The notes under the pieces were generated by a model that saw nothing but the letters and a program-made list of their open reading frames with translations, was not told the origin of the DNA and did not search any database. This document shows positions 1-13,068 of a stretch of 64,000 nt of DNA, piece by piece. The stretch is from Eledone cirrhosa (lineage: Eukaryota). Position numbers and translations under genes: made by a program. The stretch lies in NCBI GenBank assembly GCA_964016885.1, contig OZ024743.1:236158001-236222000 (forward strand), read 5' to 3'. Every line of letters starts with the position of its first letter. Position 1 is the stretch's first letter.

Positions 1-1052
1 ACTTCAATGCTCGTTCCACTGAACGCGTCGCCGGATACCTTCCCTATTGATATAAGGTTGTCCTCGTCCAAGTTGAGGAAACCGGTTAGTAACCACCAGT
101 AGTTTATGTTTGGGGTGATGGTAGTTATCCAAATTCTTTGGGTTTTTTTTACCCATGTAGGCTGGAAAAAAGGTGTAATGCGTGGAACGAATTGGCGACA
201 CAGAGTATTTTTTCGCCGCCAATTCGTCTTTCATCAATATGGATAAACTCCCATAGAGTTTATCCTTTTGTATGAAAATTATATCTTTCATAGCCTCTTT
301 CAGAACCAACTGAATTTCAGCTTGAGATGGTTGTGCTGGTTTTCTTGTTTTGTTGGCAATTGTACGGAATACAACAGTTTGTAATTCCGTCTGTTTTTTT
401 AGTTCTGGGGGCGAATTGATGGAAAAAGATCCATTTTCGCCAAAAGATACATATTTCTTTGCTTTTTCAAGCATTTCTTTTGCATTTGTTATATCTTCAA
501 GCACATAGGTGACTGATATTTTAGCAGTCTGTGCAAAAGATATTTTGTTTTCGTTTTTGGTGTTTGAGGTGTTCTGTTTCTCGTTGTTCTGTTTCACGTA
601 GTTATTTTCATTTTTGTTGTTGTTGTCTTTCTCATTTTGGTGTGTTGGTTTTGTCATTGTTAGTGTTTTCGTTGTAATTAATTGGTTTTGCACCCATATT
701 TACTTGTTTGTCAGGCATATCGCCTTTTACAAAATCTTTTAAAACGTTGACGCGGGAAAGCAAAGCGCTTTGTACCGCTTGCTCCTTTCTCTCTTCCTCC
801 TTAGTGAGCGTGGCGTTTTCGTTCACACGTGCTACAGACATGGCGTCAATTTTTTATCATGTGAGTCAGCAAACATTTTTTGGAGTAGTTTTTACCCCCA
901 AAAGGGGTAAAGATACGATGAACGCCCGTCTACAGACATAGCCCGGTGGTTAAAAGACACTAAGACAACACAATAAAGAGACAAACACTTACTGTCAATA
1001 GGTAAAAATTCAAAAAGGCAGGAGCCGATGTTGTACGCGTCTATACTATGCG
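1..1052 (-). mobile_element. 5' part (5'UTR + ORF1) of a second Tx1/L1-clade non-LTR retrotransposon, running off the window
   Basis: ORF 4..693 (SFAQT...FSINSP...FRT..N.TRKP...YGS.S.L...YTFFP.YMGKK) aligns by eye with ORF1 at 4784..6472. Removing one A from the run at ~143-150 restores KTQRIWITTITPNINYWWLLTGF, matching KTQKIKIKIKNIPPNVNIWWILAGF. Confidence 0.85.
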
Positions 1053-1302
1053 AGATAAATAGATAGATATATTTCTTTATTAGCCACAAGGGCGCACAAG
1101 CAAAGGGGACAATACAAAGACATGCCGGGGATTTTACATACAGTCGTGTAAAAAATATAAAAACAGACAATTTCAACAATCGAAATCCCCAATAGGGGGG
1201 AGGCGCCACAAATGGGTTGTTTAATACCCCGTCGATAGAACAACCCTCAACTCCAGGAGCGTGTTGTGCAAGTGCTCCTTTCTTCCTTTTGCTCTCTTCA
1301 AC

Positions 1303-4300
1303 CTACAGGCTTATACACAGAGTAGGCCCAATCACTCGGGCCATTTTCGCTTCATTCACCCACCTTTCAGTAAATTTACTGGGGTGCAGTGCCTCTCTTT
1401 CCCCCCTGATTCTCCTTCTAAAGTGATACTTAAAGAAGGGAATCAATTGTTGTCCGGAGAGAAAGGCATCTGTCCTCAGTCCTCTCAACCTCGTCCACCA
1501 TATAACTTCTTTCACCATAGCCACCGTACAGAGGAAAACCGCCTCTCTTTCGTTTTTGAAAGAGGCTGGCGGTTTGATCCTTACTATGGACTCGGCAGTC
1601 AACTGCATTTGTCCCATACGCGACAGTAGTTGTTCTGCATAGTTCCACAGGTCGCTTACGCCCGGTCAGTGTACAATTGCGTGCAGAACTGTTTCGATGT
1701 CCTGCGCACATCCTGGACACGTCCTCTTGGAAGGATCCCTGCCAGGGCGTCCGTGCCTGTAGATCTTGTCACGAACCGGTAGAGCTCCTCGGTAGCACTG
1801 CCAGGCCAGGGACCTTTGGAAGTTGTCCATAGGTCCCGGGCGGAAAGTCCTACCAAACAGACTGGTGAGCTCATCGTCTTCGACGCCCAGAGTCTCTCCG
1901 AGCACGTCGTCGCCCTTGTAACGTACAATCCCTCTATAGAATGTCGAAGTGGAGTCTCCACTGATTGCTGCGCCCGCTTGCCAGAGGACTGTGAGCGCGT
2001 GAGCGCATTCAATGTGCCAGGTACCCATCGTTTTCGGTCTTTTCTTCACGCAGGACTGCAGCTCCGTTAACGAGACGAGCTGTGGGAAAGCCTGTCTCAC
2101 AAACGGTGCCCACACCGGTTGGGGGTCGGTGAGGAATACCTGGAGATGCCGCAGCCTCAGCGCATGTTTGCGCATCATCAGCCACGGCATTCCCAGCCCT
2201 CCGTTGGAAGGGTGCTGACAGCAGACGGATCTCCTCACCAGCGGAGCCTGCTTCTTCCACAGAAATTGGAAGAGCATGCGTTCCATCTTGGCGAGGTGTT
2301 CACGGGGACAAGGCACGACAGTCAAGCGGTAGTAGATGACGGACGCTATGAAAGTGTTCGCCACCTCCGCTCGACCTTTCAAGGACAGTTTGCACTCTGC
2401 CCACTTCTGAGTGAGTGCAAACACCTTGGCCGTGACCGCGTTCCAGTTTTTCTCCACCTGGAGGTCTGGACCGAACCAGACCCCGAGCAATTTCACCGGT
2501 CCGTCCGTCCAGCGTCCAACGACGCTGTCGGATGTCATCGGTTTGCCTCTCCACGTATCGTGTTGCAAACCGACAGACTTGTCTGGGTTTAGTTTTGCTC
2601 CCGTCAGCGTTTCGTATTCTTTCAGTAAGTTGCCGAGCACCCCGATTTCCGAGGTGCTCGACACCATTACCGTCACGTCGTCGGCATAAGCCGACGCCGC
2701 TTTGCGCAGTCCTGGTTCTAGAGGGATGCCCTGCAATAGCTCCAATTTCGGCAGTAGTGGCTCTAGAGTCAATACATACAGAATGGAGGAGAGAGGGCAT
2801 CCCTGTCGAATGGAACGCGTGATTGCGAACGGCTCCGATAGGTAGCCGTTCACCTTGACCCTCGAGCAGATGCTGGTGTGCATCGCCTCGATCCATCCTC
2901 TGAACACGGGACCGAAACCGACCGCCTTGAGAACCGCTTCCAAGTATCGATGGTCGACCCTATCGAATGCCTTAGACTGATACAAGTTGATCAGAGCCCC
3001 ACCGAAGCCGGGTTTACTACCCACCCTCTCTGTGATGTATCGCATGAGGTGGAGGTTGTCGTGTATGGACCTGGTCGGGATTGCACACGTTTGCGCTTTC
3101 CCTACCAGGTTCTCGACAAGCGCCAACCTCGTCGCTAGCACCTTGGCCAAAATCTTTAACTCTGTGTTGAGCAGAGTTATGGGCTTGAAGTTGTTAATTT
3201 CGTCCCCCTTGTTCTCGTCTTTCCTGATCAGAGTTACTACGCCCTTGCCTGCAGAACTGGGAATTCTCCCGTTCTGCTGCCAATTGCAGTAGACGGCTTC
3301 GAGGACGCCAGAGAACAAGTCCGGCATGCCTATGTAAAATTCGTAGTGTAGACCATCTAGACCGGGTGACTTGCGTTTCCGGCATAGGCCCAGAGCGTCT
3401 CGTATCTCAGTGTCCGTGATCGGTCTTTCGCAGAACTCGGCGTCCGTGTTCGAGAGACGCGGCAAGCCGTCGAGGTATGAACTAAAGTCCATTGCCCCGT
3501 TCGGCTCACCGTCGTTCTGCTCAAACAGTCGCGCAAAGTGCTGCTGAAAGGCCGCGCACATTTGCTTTGGGGTCAAGTAGCACGCGTCCGTTTTGGTCTT
3601 TCAAAGACCGAATCGTGGACTTGTTGCCACTTTTTGCCTCCGCCACTCGGGCCCATCTGACAGCTTTCGCTCCTTCGTTTCCTAGAGCACGTGTTTTGCT
3701 TCTGACCACGCAGCCTTCGTGTTTCGCATCGAAGAACTGGTCCACTGCCGTTATCGACGCTAACAATCTAGCCGCGTTGGCACTTCTAAGTGCCTCCTCT
3801 ACCTTGGCTACTAGTTCTCTTTCTATTCTGTTTTTCTCTAAGGCTAACTCTCTGCTATACCCTATCGATTCTATTCTAATTGCTTTCTTGAGAGAGTACC
3901 ACCATCTATTGTTGACGATGGCTCCCGTTAACTGTTGCTTGACTAGCCTACTTATCCGTTCACTGTAAGCTTTACGTGCCGGCAACGACACGTTCAGCTT
4001 CCAGTATCCGGGACCCTGTCTATGTATTCTATCACGGTTGACTAAGCAGACGACTAACTTGTGATCTGAATAGGCAACCATGTGCATTCGTGGACAGCTT
4101 AACATCTGCTTGTCCCTTTCTCTAATGAAGAACCTATCTAAATACGATCTAGATGTCCCACTGCGGTTTACCCACGTCCACTGTAGTGCAGTCGGGAAAT
4201 CCAGTCGATACCTATCGGCCAGATGGAATTGGCCGATTAAAGTTTTGAGGCTGTTGTACTCCGCTCTACTGAGACATGCTCCCACATAGTCCCATCGTGC

Positions 4301-4742
4301 ATCTAGGATACCATTCCAGTCCCCCACTAAAAGTAAGGAGCGAGACGTTCCCAGAAAAGACTCTAGACGTTTAAAGAAGTCTGGCCGTGATTACGATTGC
4401 CCGGTCGAAAACGGCCACCAGTCTGAAGGCTCCACCTCCGATACTGTTCACGTCTAGGACTACCAGTCTACCCTCCGCGTCCAAGTGTACTTGCTGTACT
4501 CCGACGTCCAGGTTATTCCGAAACATAACAGCCACTCCACCTCCACCTTCTGGCTGACAGAGAGATGCGTAGATCTCAAAGTCGTCGAAAATGGGGGTTA
4601 GTTGCTGCCTGTTGTGGATCCTGGACTCGGTGATGGCTATCACATCCATACTGTGTGACCTAAGGTCGTTTAAAAGTTGGCCCTGTTTCCAGGGCATCCC
4701 TAGGCCACGCACATTCACGGTTTCAACTCGTAAACCAGCCAT
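1303..4742 (-). pseudogene. ORF2: APE endonuclease + reverse transcriptase + C-terminal Zn motif; 2 frameshifts and 1 premature stop
   Basis: APE motifs TVNVRGL, AITES, GDWN, YLDRFF, SDH, GYWKLN. RT motifs KSPGLDG, FKPITLLNTELKILAK, KAFDRVDH, RQGCPLS, AYADD. CPGC...ETVLHAIVH* has TGA at 1666-1668 where Cys is expected and continues in frame into 1303..1617. Confidence 0.93.
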
Positions 4743-4783
4743 GTTGGTGAAGAAAAGTTGGAGAAAAAGGACGAAAGGTGCAC

Positions 4784-6689
4784 TTACCTTTTCGTTTCCT
4801 GGAGATCGGGTTGTTCAATCTCCATTTGGATGCTGGATGGGGTGTTAGGTGGGGTGGGGAAACATTTTAACAGGACGCGGTTGATGGGTTTGTGGCAGGG
4901 GTTGCCCACGTCCTGTGAAAATTTAATTTTTAGGTCTTTATAGGTTTCCATAGAAACCCTTATAAGTTTAAGGTGTGGAGACGATTCTGCCTTGACGAAA
5001 GTTTTGCCCTCCGTCTCCACCTTGGGGTTTTGGGAGATGACCTCCACCAAATTCTTGTTGTTTGTGTTGATGCATGCGTATTGTTGTTTGTGTTTTTGTT
5101 GTGTTGTTTTAGTTTGTTGTTCATCCGGGAATTTTCTTTTTATGGTGGGTGCTTGTGTTTGGGGTGGTGTTGGTGCTGGTTTTGCTGATAGGGGGATGTT
5201 TGACTGTGATGTTGTTTGTGTTGTTGTTTGTGTCTGTGGTTGTGTGTTGGTGTTGGTGATTGGAGTTTTGGGGGTTTTGTGGTGTCTCTTTTTTTGTTTT
5301 TTAGATTTTCGCGGTTCTCCCTCTTTTTCACTTAAAGAAGGAGAAGCAGCTTCTTCCGTCGATGAATAATCATCGTCAGGTGTGTGGGGTAAGGGTATGT
5401 TGTGTGGTGGTGGTGTTTCGGTATGTGTGTTTGTGGTAGTGTTTGATGGAGTGGGATGCAGTGGGGATGTGTTCTTCAGGGGTGTTGTCTCTATTTTTTC
5501 TGTTGTTGTTGGTTGAGTGTCTGTTTGTTTTGGTGTGGTTGCTCGTTTCGTCTGTCGTTGTACTTGTGGTGGTGGTGGTTGTTTTGGTGTTGGTGTTGGT
5601 AATAGTGTTTTTTTTATGATGTTGTTGTTGTGTGTTTGTGGACAAGAGGCTTTTAGGTGAGCTGTGCTACCACAGCGAAAGCAATGAAATTTTCGTCCTT
5701 CTACCGAAATGTATATTTTGTTGTTATTATCAATAACGACTCTTTCGGGTATTTTGGAGATTCTCTCCGGTTTCATTTGCAACATAATCTCCAAATCTGT
5801 GCCCGCCCACCTTTGTCGAATAGATTTTCGTATTGTAAGTATTATGTCTGTTTCTGGCTCTACGAAGCCAGCCAAGATCCACCAGATGTTAACGTTTGGA
5901 GGTATGTTTTTTATTTTTATTTTTATTTTTTGTGTCTTTTTCCCCATGTATGTAGGGAAAAAGGTGTATGCTTTTGACACTATTGGTGTCACAGAGTTTT
6001 TTTGGGCGAGTGCCTCGCTTTTAAACAGTACGGAAACACTTCCGTACTGTTTTTCTCGCTGGAGAAAATCGACATTTGCTAGAATTTCCTTGAAAGAATC
6101 TTCTATATCTGCTTGATTAACAAATGTCGGCTTTCTTGTCGAATTTGACACAGTCCTAAAAGTGACTGATCTGCGGATTGTGTCTTCCTTTATGTCAAGG
6201 GGTGAGTTAATTCTAAACCCACCTCTTTCTTCGAAAGTTACACATTTTCTTCCTTGCTGGAGCATATCTCTTGCGTTGGAGATATCAAGATTTATAAAAT
6301 CTTGTTTTTTGTTCACTGTTTCAGCGAAAGACATTTTCTTTTTTTTGTGTGGTGTTGCTGTTGATGTTGTTGTTATCGTTGTTGGAAATCTCAGTTCCTT
6401 GTCGAGGTGAAACTTTATGTGTAGATGTATCTGTAGAGTTGTTGATGTCTTTTTCATGTGTATGTATGTCAATGGGTTTAATTGCTGTGTTTTCCTGTGT
6501 GTTATTGTTATTTTTCTCCGCTTCGGCGGTAGAAATTTTCAAATTTTCAAGTGTTAATATATTTTTTTCTTTTGTGACAGTTGTATCTATGGCGACGTCC
6601 ATAGTAGGAGAAGCAGATATAACGTTAATATCTGCCTCTTTCTCTCTCTTTTCTCTATTAACGTTCTCCAGCGTTCTTGTGTTGCTCAA
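4784..6689 (-). pseudogene. ORF1 (gag-like, CCHC zinc knuckle, P/T/K-rich tail), split by a +1 shift
   Basis: CFRCGSTAHLKASC = CX2CX4HX4C. The N-terminal piece 6321..6689 joins the main frame if one A is removed from the A-run at ~6339-6346. Confidence 0.8.
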
Positions 6690-6907
6690 GTTATTTACTT
6701 TGTAAAATCTGATATTTTAAAACAAATTTTTAAAATAAAATTTTCGCCCCTACAGGGGCGAAAAATGGGATTACCACCCAGCTGACAATTCAGCTTTGGG
6801 GTTAATCTACAAAGTGTTGTGTTTTTTCAAACAATTAGATCGGTTTTTTGCATAGAAATTAACAAAAAAGCTTACCGACGATGTCCCACACGTCAGACAG
6901 AAAGAGA

Positions 6908-6908
6908 T

Positions 6909-6978
<70 letters not shown>
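6908..6978. repeat. (GATA)n microsatellite abutting the Tx1 5' end
   Basis: Direct reading. Confidence 0.95.
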
Positions 6979-7102
6979 TCCTGTATCTATCTATCACTTG
7001 TTATCTATCATAGTAAAAAGACCTCATCCATTTCCCCCTGGGCCTGATATTAATACAAGTTTGTGCTTTTGGATGCATACTCGTGTTTGTTTTATCATTT
7101 TC

Positions 7103-7147
<45 letters not shown>

Positions 7148-7150
<3 letters not shown>

Positions 7151-7566
7151 AAGTAAGTGACACAGTCACTACTTTAAAATGATAGCGCAAGGTCTTCAAC
7201 ATGTTTTTAATTAAACATACAGTATATTGCCAAATATACTATACATACATTCATTTATACATCGCTATTTCAGAGCACCAATTCTACTTTTCAATTTTTG
7301 CTGAACCCACAATCGCTCTGTATTATCAATTCCTGATTATTACTGGAATTCTATAAGAATCCAGCCTCTATAATTTTTGGCAGCTGTCGGCGAGTACGTT
7401 GCTCTGAGGAACACCAACAGTGTGAAACAGATCTGTCAGCTTATCTCCCTTCCTTTGCTGAAAAAAGAAGCAAGTGACATAGTCACTACTTTAAAATAAT
7501 AGCGCAAGGTCTTCAAAATGTTTTTAATTAAACATACAGTATATTGCCAAATATACTATACATACA

Positions 7567-7570
<4 letters not shown>
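7148..7570 (+). mobile_element. ~1.3 copies of a 317-bp HHR-containing repeat between two (TA)n tracts (PLE pLTR- or retrozyme-like)
   Basis: 7148-7252 recurs at 7465-7570. A diverged inverted copy lies at ~11935-12165. Confidence 0.7.
7401..7440 (+). ncRNA. Minimal type I hammerhead ribozyme motif
   Basis: gct-CTGAGGA-acac(caaca)gtgt-GAAA-cagatctg-TC-agc: palindromic stem III, GUC triplet, only a 3-bp stem I. Confidence 0.7.
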
Positions 7571-7605
<35 letters not shown>

Positions 7606-8286
7606 TGACAAAACTATCCCCATGTTTACACTCTAATAATGTATTGAGTACCTTACTAAATGTGGTCACCCCCGATTGAACCCGGGTCTCACTCACATAT
7701 ATCCACTATAAACCATCGGTAACTAAACTCAAACATCGTAGTCGGTTAGTTAATGAATGTTTAATGAATGGGTGTATGTGTATATATGTATGCGTGAGTG
7801 AGAGAGAGTGAGAGCGAGAGAGAGAGAGAGAGAGAGTTTCAAAACAGTTAATTTAAAGTTGACATCTTTAAGACAGTCCAGCATTAAAGGGTTAACTAGA
7901 AATATAAAAATATAATGAAGTACGTGAAACTGCAAACATCTGTAAACTGGAGAGGTGGTTGTGGTAGTGGTTGTGGAGGTGATAGTGGTGGTGGTAGTGG
8001 TCGTGGTGGTGGTGGTGTGGAGAGGGCTGTGGTAGAAGTGGTGGTAGTGGAGTCTGTGGCATTGGTGATGGTGGTGGAAAGAAGGTGGAGGAAGAGAGTA
8101 TATATAATGTTATTTAAAGTCACGAACTTCATTATATCTGTTAGAACACGAAAAGTGTGAACAACAGAATGTTCACTTTTCGTGTTCTAACATATATGCC
8201 TAGCTTCTTCATAAATTTTTCGGGGATAGCCGTGGTGGTGGTGATCGTATGTCATTGGCTAATTTTCAACCAATCAGAGTAAGTGT

Positions 8287-8346
<60 letters not shown>

Positions 8347-8809
8347 TATTCCCCCTCTCTCTATATATATCTTACGCTTTCGCTTTACACTCCTCCCCTT
8401 CAATAACACATTTCCCCCTCTCTATATATCTCTTCCACTGTTACTTACGCCTGTTTCTCTCTATCTGTTCCGTCTCTATATATATCTCTCTTACTCTTTC
8501 GCTTTGCACTCCTCCCCTTCAATACCATCTCTCCACCTCTCTATATATTTGTTACTCTATCGCTGCACGCTCCTCTCCTTCAATATATCAATTACACACG
8601 CTTTACACTCCTTTATCCCCAGCGCCCCTATATATACACCCCCCCCCCCTCCCGCATCTATATTTTAATGTTCCGTTGCACCGTGAATATATGTGTCTAT
8701 ATATATATAGACATATATATTGTATATACACATTCATGTATGTGTATACACACTCATGTATGTATATACACTGGTTTTATGTGTGTTATGTGTGTATTGT
8801 AAATTTGTA

Positions 8810-8920
8810 CTGTTAAAACACGAAACTAACATTCGATTGACACTTTGATTACCTGTACAGGCAATAGTTATTAGAATGCTGTTGAAGTGTGTATATATTT
8901 TTGGGGGACATCCTGTATAT
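8810..8920 (-). mobile_element. Possible Tc1/mariner-type terminal fragment
   Basis: The minus strand starts TA-CAGGATGTCCCCCAAAA, resembling TA-CAGGGTGTCCC TIRs. No partner end was seen. Confidence 0.3.
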
Positions 8921-9683
8921 ACACACATTATATATAATACAATAAACAGATAAATACACACATATATATATGAGCTTATTTAATTATAAATATTGTGAAT
9001 TTTTAACTCAGTTCAATTATATATATAAATGGCTTCTACAGGACTAGAACTGTTTCATTCGAAAGAAATCATCATAATATTGAGAGGGGGGACTAGATAA
9101 AATATTTCAAATCAAATGTGTATAAGTTATAAGTTAAAATGTATAAATCGAGACGATAGTGGAGGTATATCTGTTTAGTGGAACAGTAGACGATAGAATT
9201 AAATACAGACGAGAATCTCCCTTTAATGAAACAGCAGACGATAGAATTAAGGCAATTTAAATTTTAAGCATTTGCATTTCATCGTTACGGGGTCGATAAA
9301 ATAAAGTACCAGTAATACACTGTCACTATAAGTAGACGACTTTCAAATTGAATTGTTGGTTCCATTTCTTTAGTATTTTCAATTGTAGTTATCTACTTAA
9401 AAAGCGTTACACGGTTAGAGACATAATTGGTAAGTTATATCTTCCCTATTAAACCATTGCATTATTTCGCCTAAAATAGAACAAAAATGAAATGTTCTTT
9501 AAAGAAACAGGAATATAACTTTATAAAAAAAAAATTGCATCCGCTTCTTTTATCATTGATAATTTTTTCGTTTTAATATTAATTGTTTTTTGTAGTTATT
9601 TATATTAAAAATCTTACTGTAATATTTACTTAAACGAAGGCAGACATCTAAACTTATAGATTAATCTTGAGCGAAGGACTAGA

Positions 9684-9754
<71 letters not shown>

Positions 9755-10239
9755 CGAAGAATGATAACATTTCAAGCAAAGAGTTTAATTAGGTAATGAC
9801 TTACAAATTTGTTTCATTATATAGACAAAGCCTGAAGCGCTAATTATAATAATTAGTTAATAATATTACAAAATATATTAATATTATATTAAATATATAC
9901 TGAAACAAATTTGTTTAGCAGAAAGTTTCCAGACAAGAAACACGCATATTTTGCTATCCTCAAACACGTTTACACATGGCATGAAATATAACTAATCCGA
10001 GATGGCTAGGTTTCATCTTCTAACTGGATAAACGAAATCCATTATGTCTTGACAACAACATGAGGTAACATTATGTTATTCACAGACACACTTTGTACAC
10101 TGTTCCATATCAGAATGTATTTCCTTCGTCACATTCACAAACAGTATTGAAAATATGTTCTTCGGCAAATAAAAATGTTTTGTTCATAATATTTCAACTA
10201 GCGATTGCTCTACTCCACGCACGACCACCATAAATTAAT

Positions 10240-10430
10240 GACCAGCTCAACACAAGTATTGGTAGAGCGTCAGACACCATGCTTTGCAGTATTGTTATGG
10301 TCCTTTGCATTCTAAGTTCAAATCCTGCCGAGGTTAACTTCGACTTTCATACTTACTAATTCGATAAAATAAAGTACCAGTAATGGACTGCCGTAATGGA
10401 TTTGTGCCGAAAAATAGAAACACTATTAAT
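10240..10430 (+). mobile_element. tRNA-derived SINE, family 1 (Meta-domain-like core), diverged; further fragment at ~9278-9325
   Basis: B-box GTTCAAATCC; core ctttcat...tcgataaaataaagtaccagt. Confidence 0.7.
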
Positions 10431-10965
10431 GTGCAATAAGAGCAAAATATAACGACATTGCTCAATTATTTTATCTAATGTTGTAATAACACAAGGAAAT
10501 GTTGTTTGTGTATTTTTTTTTATATTTGCTCATAGGCTTTTACAATTTCGCTCAGCCAACAACTATTAAAAAGTGAGTTGCTTAAGATAACAATTTAATC
10601 ACAAATTGTTGCTATCTTTTAATACACACCAACAAGTCATCAAATTATGTACAATAAAAACAAATCTTATTAATTTGCTCAGGGAATATAAAGAAAATGT
10701 ATATACACTGATAATTGCAATTGTATGTAAATATTTTGTATTTGTATTGTTTATTTTATGTCTTCTATTATGTATAATATATTGATTTAATATTGATTGT
10801 TTTTTGTAGTTGTTTATATTAAAAGTCTGAAAATATTTTTATACATCTTACACTAATATTTATAAGATAATTTATAATAACAATTACATTACAACGATAA
10901 TTTATTATTAATATATATCCTGTTTAACTAGAGTTATTACAAGCGTTGCCTTAAAAAAATATTAA

Positions 10966-11922
10966 ACTAGACATGAAAAATGCGCAAGCTCAAAAGTGCC
11001 ACAGAATGTTATAATAAACCTTCAAAAGTGTGGGACTAGAGTTGTTGCTAAAAAATATTGTAATCATTATATATCGTACATTCTGTGGCATCCTTTATAA
11101 AAATAGCTTAAACCAACGAAGCCTTTATTTTTACGCTATTTCACTTAGTTAATTCTTAGAGTGTAACATATAAAAATAAATACATCTATGTTTAATGTAA
11201 TAACAGCTATAAATAATTACGTAATATTATTATCATATACTCATAGTAACAAAATAATTGTGTTGAAAATTAATATGATGCTTATATGAACGATCAAATC
11301 TATAATGATAATTTCTTAAATATACTAATAGTAAAATAATTTAGTTATCTATTGTTACATTTTCATAGAACTATAATATTAACAATCGTATTGCATTATC
11401 AAATTTTTATCACTACAAACTTTCATATTGGAATTACCTTAAGCCACTTATTATTACTTCGCTTTCGTACTTTTACAGCTGTAGATATTGCGCTGTATCT
11501 TATATCTAATATCAATATCTCATGGTAATTTGCATGCAGTGTAAAATAGGTTTATTAATAACTTTAATATGAAATGTATTATACAGGGCTGCGGAGTCGG
11601 CTAAAAATTGACTGGCTCCAACTCAGGATCCGATACTCCATTATTTCCTAAATTTCAGCTCCGCAACTCTGTTATTATATTAATTAATTTATTTTATAGT
11701 TGTAAATCATATTTTTATATGTTACACTCTAAGAATTAACTAAGTGAAATAGCGTAAAAATAAAGGCTTCGTTGGTTTAAGCTATTTTTATAAAGGATGC
11801 CACAGAATGTACGATATATAATGATTACAATATTTTTTAGCAACAACTCTAGTCCCACACTTTTGAAGGTTTATTATAACATTCTGTGGCACTTTTGAGC
11901 TTGCGCATTTTTCATGTCTAGT
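10966..11922. repeat. Near-perfect ~213-bp inverted duplication (10966-11178 / 11710-11922) ending at (TA)n
   Basis: Arms are reverse complements by direct comparison. Confidence 0.9.
11584..11671. mobile_element. 88-bp hAT-like MITE
   Basis: TIRs CAGGGCTGCGGAG / CTCCGCAACTCTG; flanking 8-mers gtattata / ttattata (7/8 TSD). Confidence 0.65.
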
Positions 11923-11934
11923 ATATATATATAT

Positions 11935-12165
11935 ATGAATGTATGTATAGTATATTTGATAATATACCGTATGTTTAATTAAAAACATTTTGAAGACCAT
12001 TCGCTATGAATTGTAAAGTAATGACTATGTCACTTATTCTCGGCAGAAACAAAGGAGAGTGTTGACAGTCCCGTTTCTCGCTCGTTAGCGGTTATCAACA
12101 CTACTCATCCCTTCGCTTCTGCTGAGAATTATAGAGGCTGGACTCTTATAGAATTCCAGTAATAT
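11935..12165 (-). mobile_element. Diverged copy of the 317-bp HHR repeat family with a damaged core
   Basis: Reverse complement matches ~7340-7570; at 12058-12102 reads agtgtt-gataa-ccgct(aacg)agcga-GAAA-cgggactg-TC-aacact. Confidence 0.6.
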
Positions 12166-12767
12166 TTAAGAGCTGGTTAAATATAGAGAGGAGTGAGAAT
12201 TTGATGATCTTGTGTGAGAGGGGGATTTGTGAGAGCGTGAGGTACATAGTGCGATACAGAGGGTGGCAGAGAGTTTGGTGGTTTAGTGAGAGAGGTGGAA
12301 TCGTGAGAATGTTAGAGGAGTGAGGTATGTAGTGGGATATAGAGGGTGGCAGAGTGAGTGAGAGAGGTGGAATTGTGAGAATGCTAGAGAGTGAGGTATA
12401 TAGTCGGATATAGAGAGAGGGAGAGAGTTTAGTGGTTTAGTGAGAGAAGGAGAGCATTTGGTGGTTTAGTGAGAGAGGGAGAATGTTGGTCTAGTGAGAG
12501 AGTGAGGGATGTAGTGGTATATAGAGAGGGTGAGAAAGGTATAATGTTTTAGTGAGAGAGGGGTAATATTTTGAGTGACAAAATAAGTGCAGGAGAGGAG
12601 AGAAGAAAAATGTTTTGATATTAGGTTTCACAGTAAATTGGCTGTGTATATGAGTGTGTGTTTATATGTATATGTGTGTGTATGTATATATATATATATA
12701 TGTGTGTGTATATATAGATGTGTGTGTGTGTGTGTGTTTATATATGTATTTATGTCTGTGAAAGTTC

Positions 12768-13068
12768 GTGGTTAAGGTATTCGACTCACAACCGTAAAAT
12801 CGTGAGTTCAATTCCCGCTGGCGTGATGTGTCCTTGAGCAAGACACTTTATTTCACGTTGCTCCAGTCCACTCAGCTGGTAAAAATGAGTTGTACCTATA
12901 ATTCGAAGGACCAGCCTTGTCGCACACTGAATCTCCCTGAGAACTACATAAAGGGTAGGCGTGTCTGTTGAATGCTCAGCCACTTGCCCGTTAATTTCAC
13001 GAGTAGGCTGTTCTGTTGATAGTATCAACTGGAACGCTCGTCGCCGTAACCGACGGAGTGACTCCATT
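12768..13068 (+). mobile_element. tRNA-derived SINE, family 2 (CORE-like)
   Basis: A-box remnant gtggttaagg, B-box gagttcaattccc, core gtgtccttgagcaagacactt. Confidence 0.8.

Larger units (their letters stand above)
1068..6905 (-). mobile_element. Apparently full-length but defective Tx1/L1-clade non-LTR retrotransposon
   Basis: ORF1 with a zinc knuckle, then APE-RT-Zn ORF2. The 3'UTR ends in AATAAA (1076-1081 on minus). TATC/GATA repeats lie at both ends. Confidence 0.92.

Noticed and set aside
10966-11922. MITE with long TIRs
   Set aside because: No TSD, and one arm ends at (TA)n like the other fold-back duplications.
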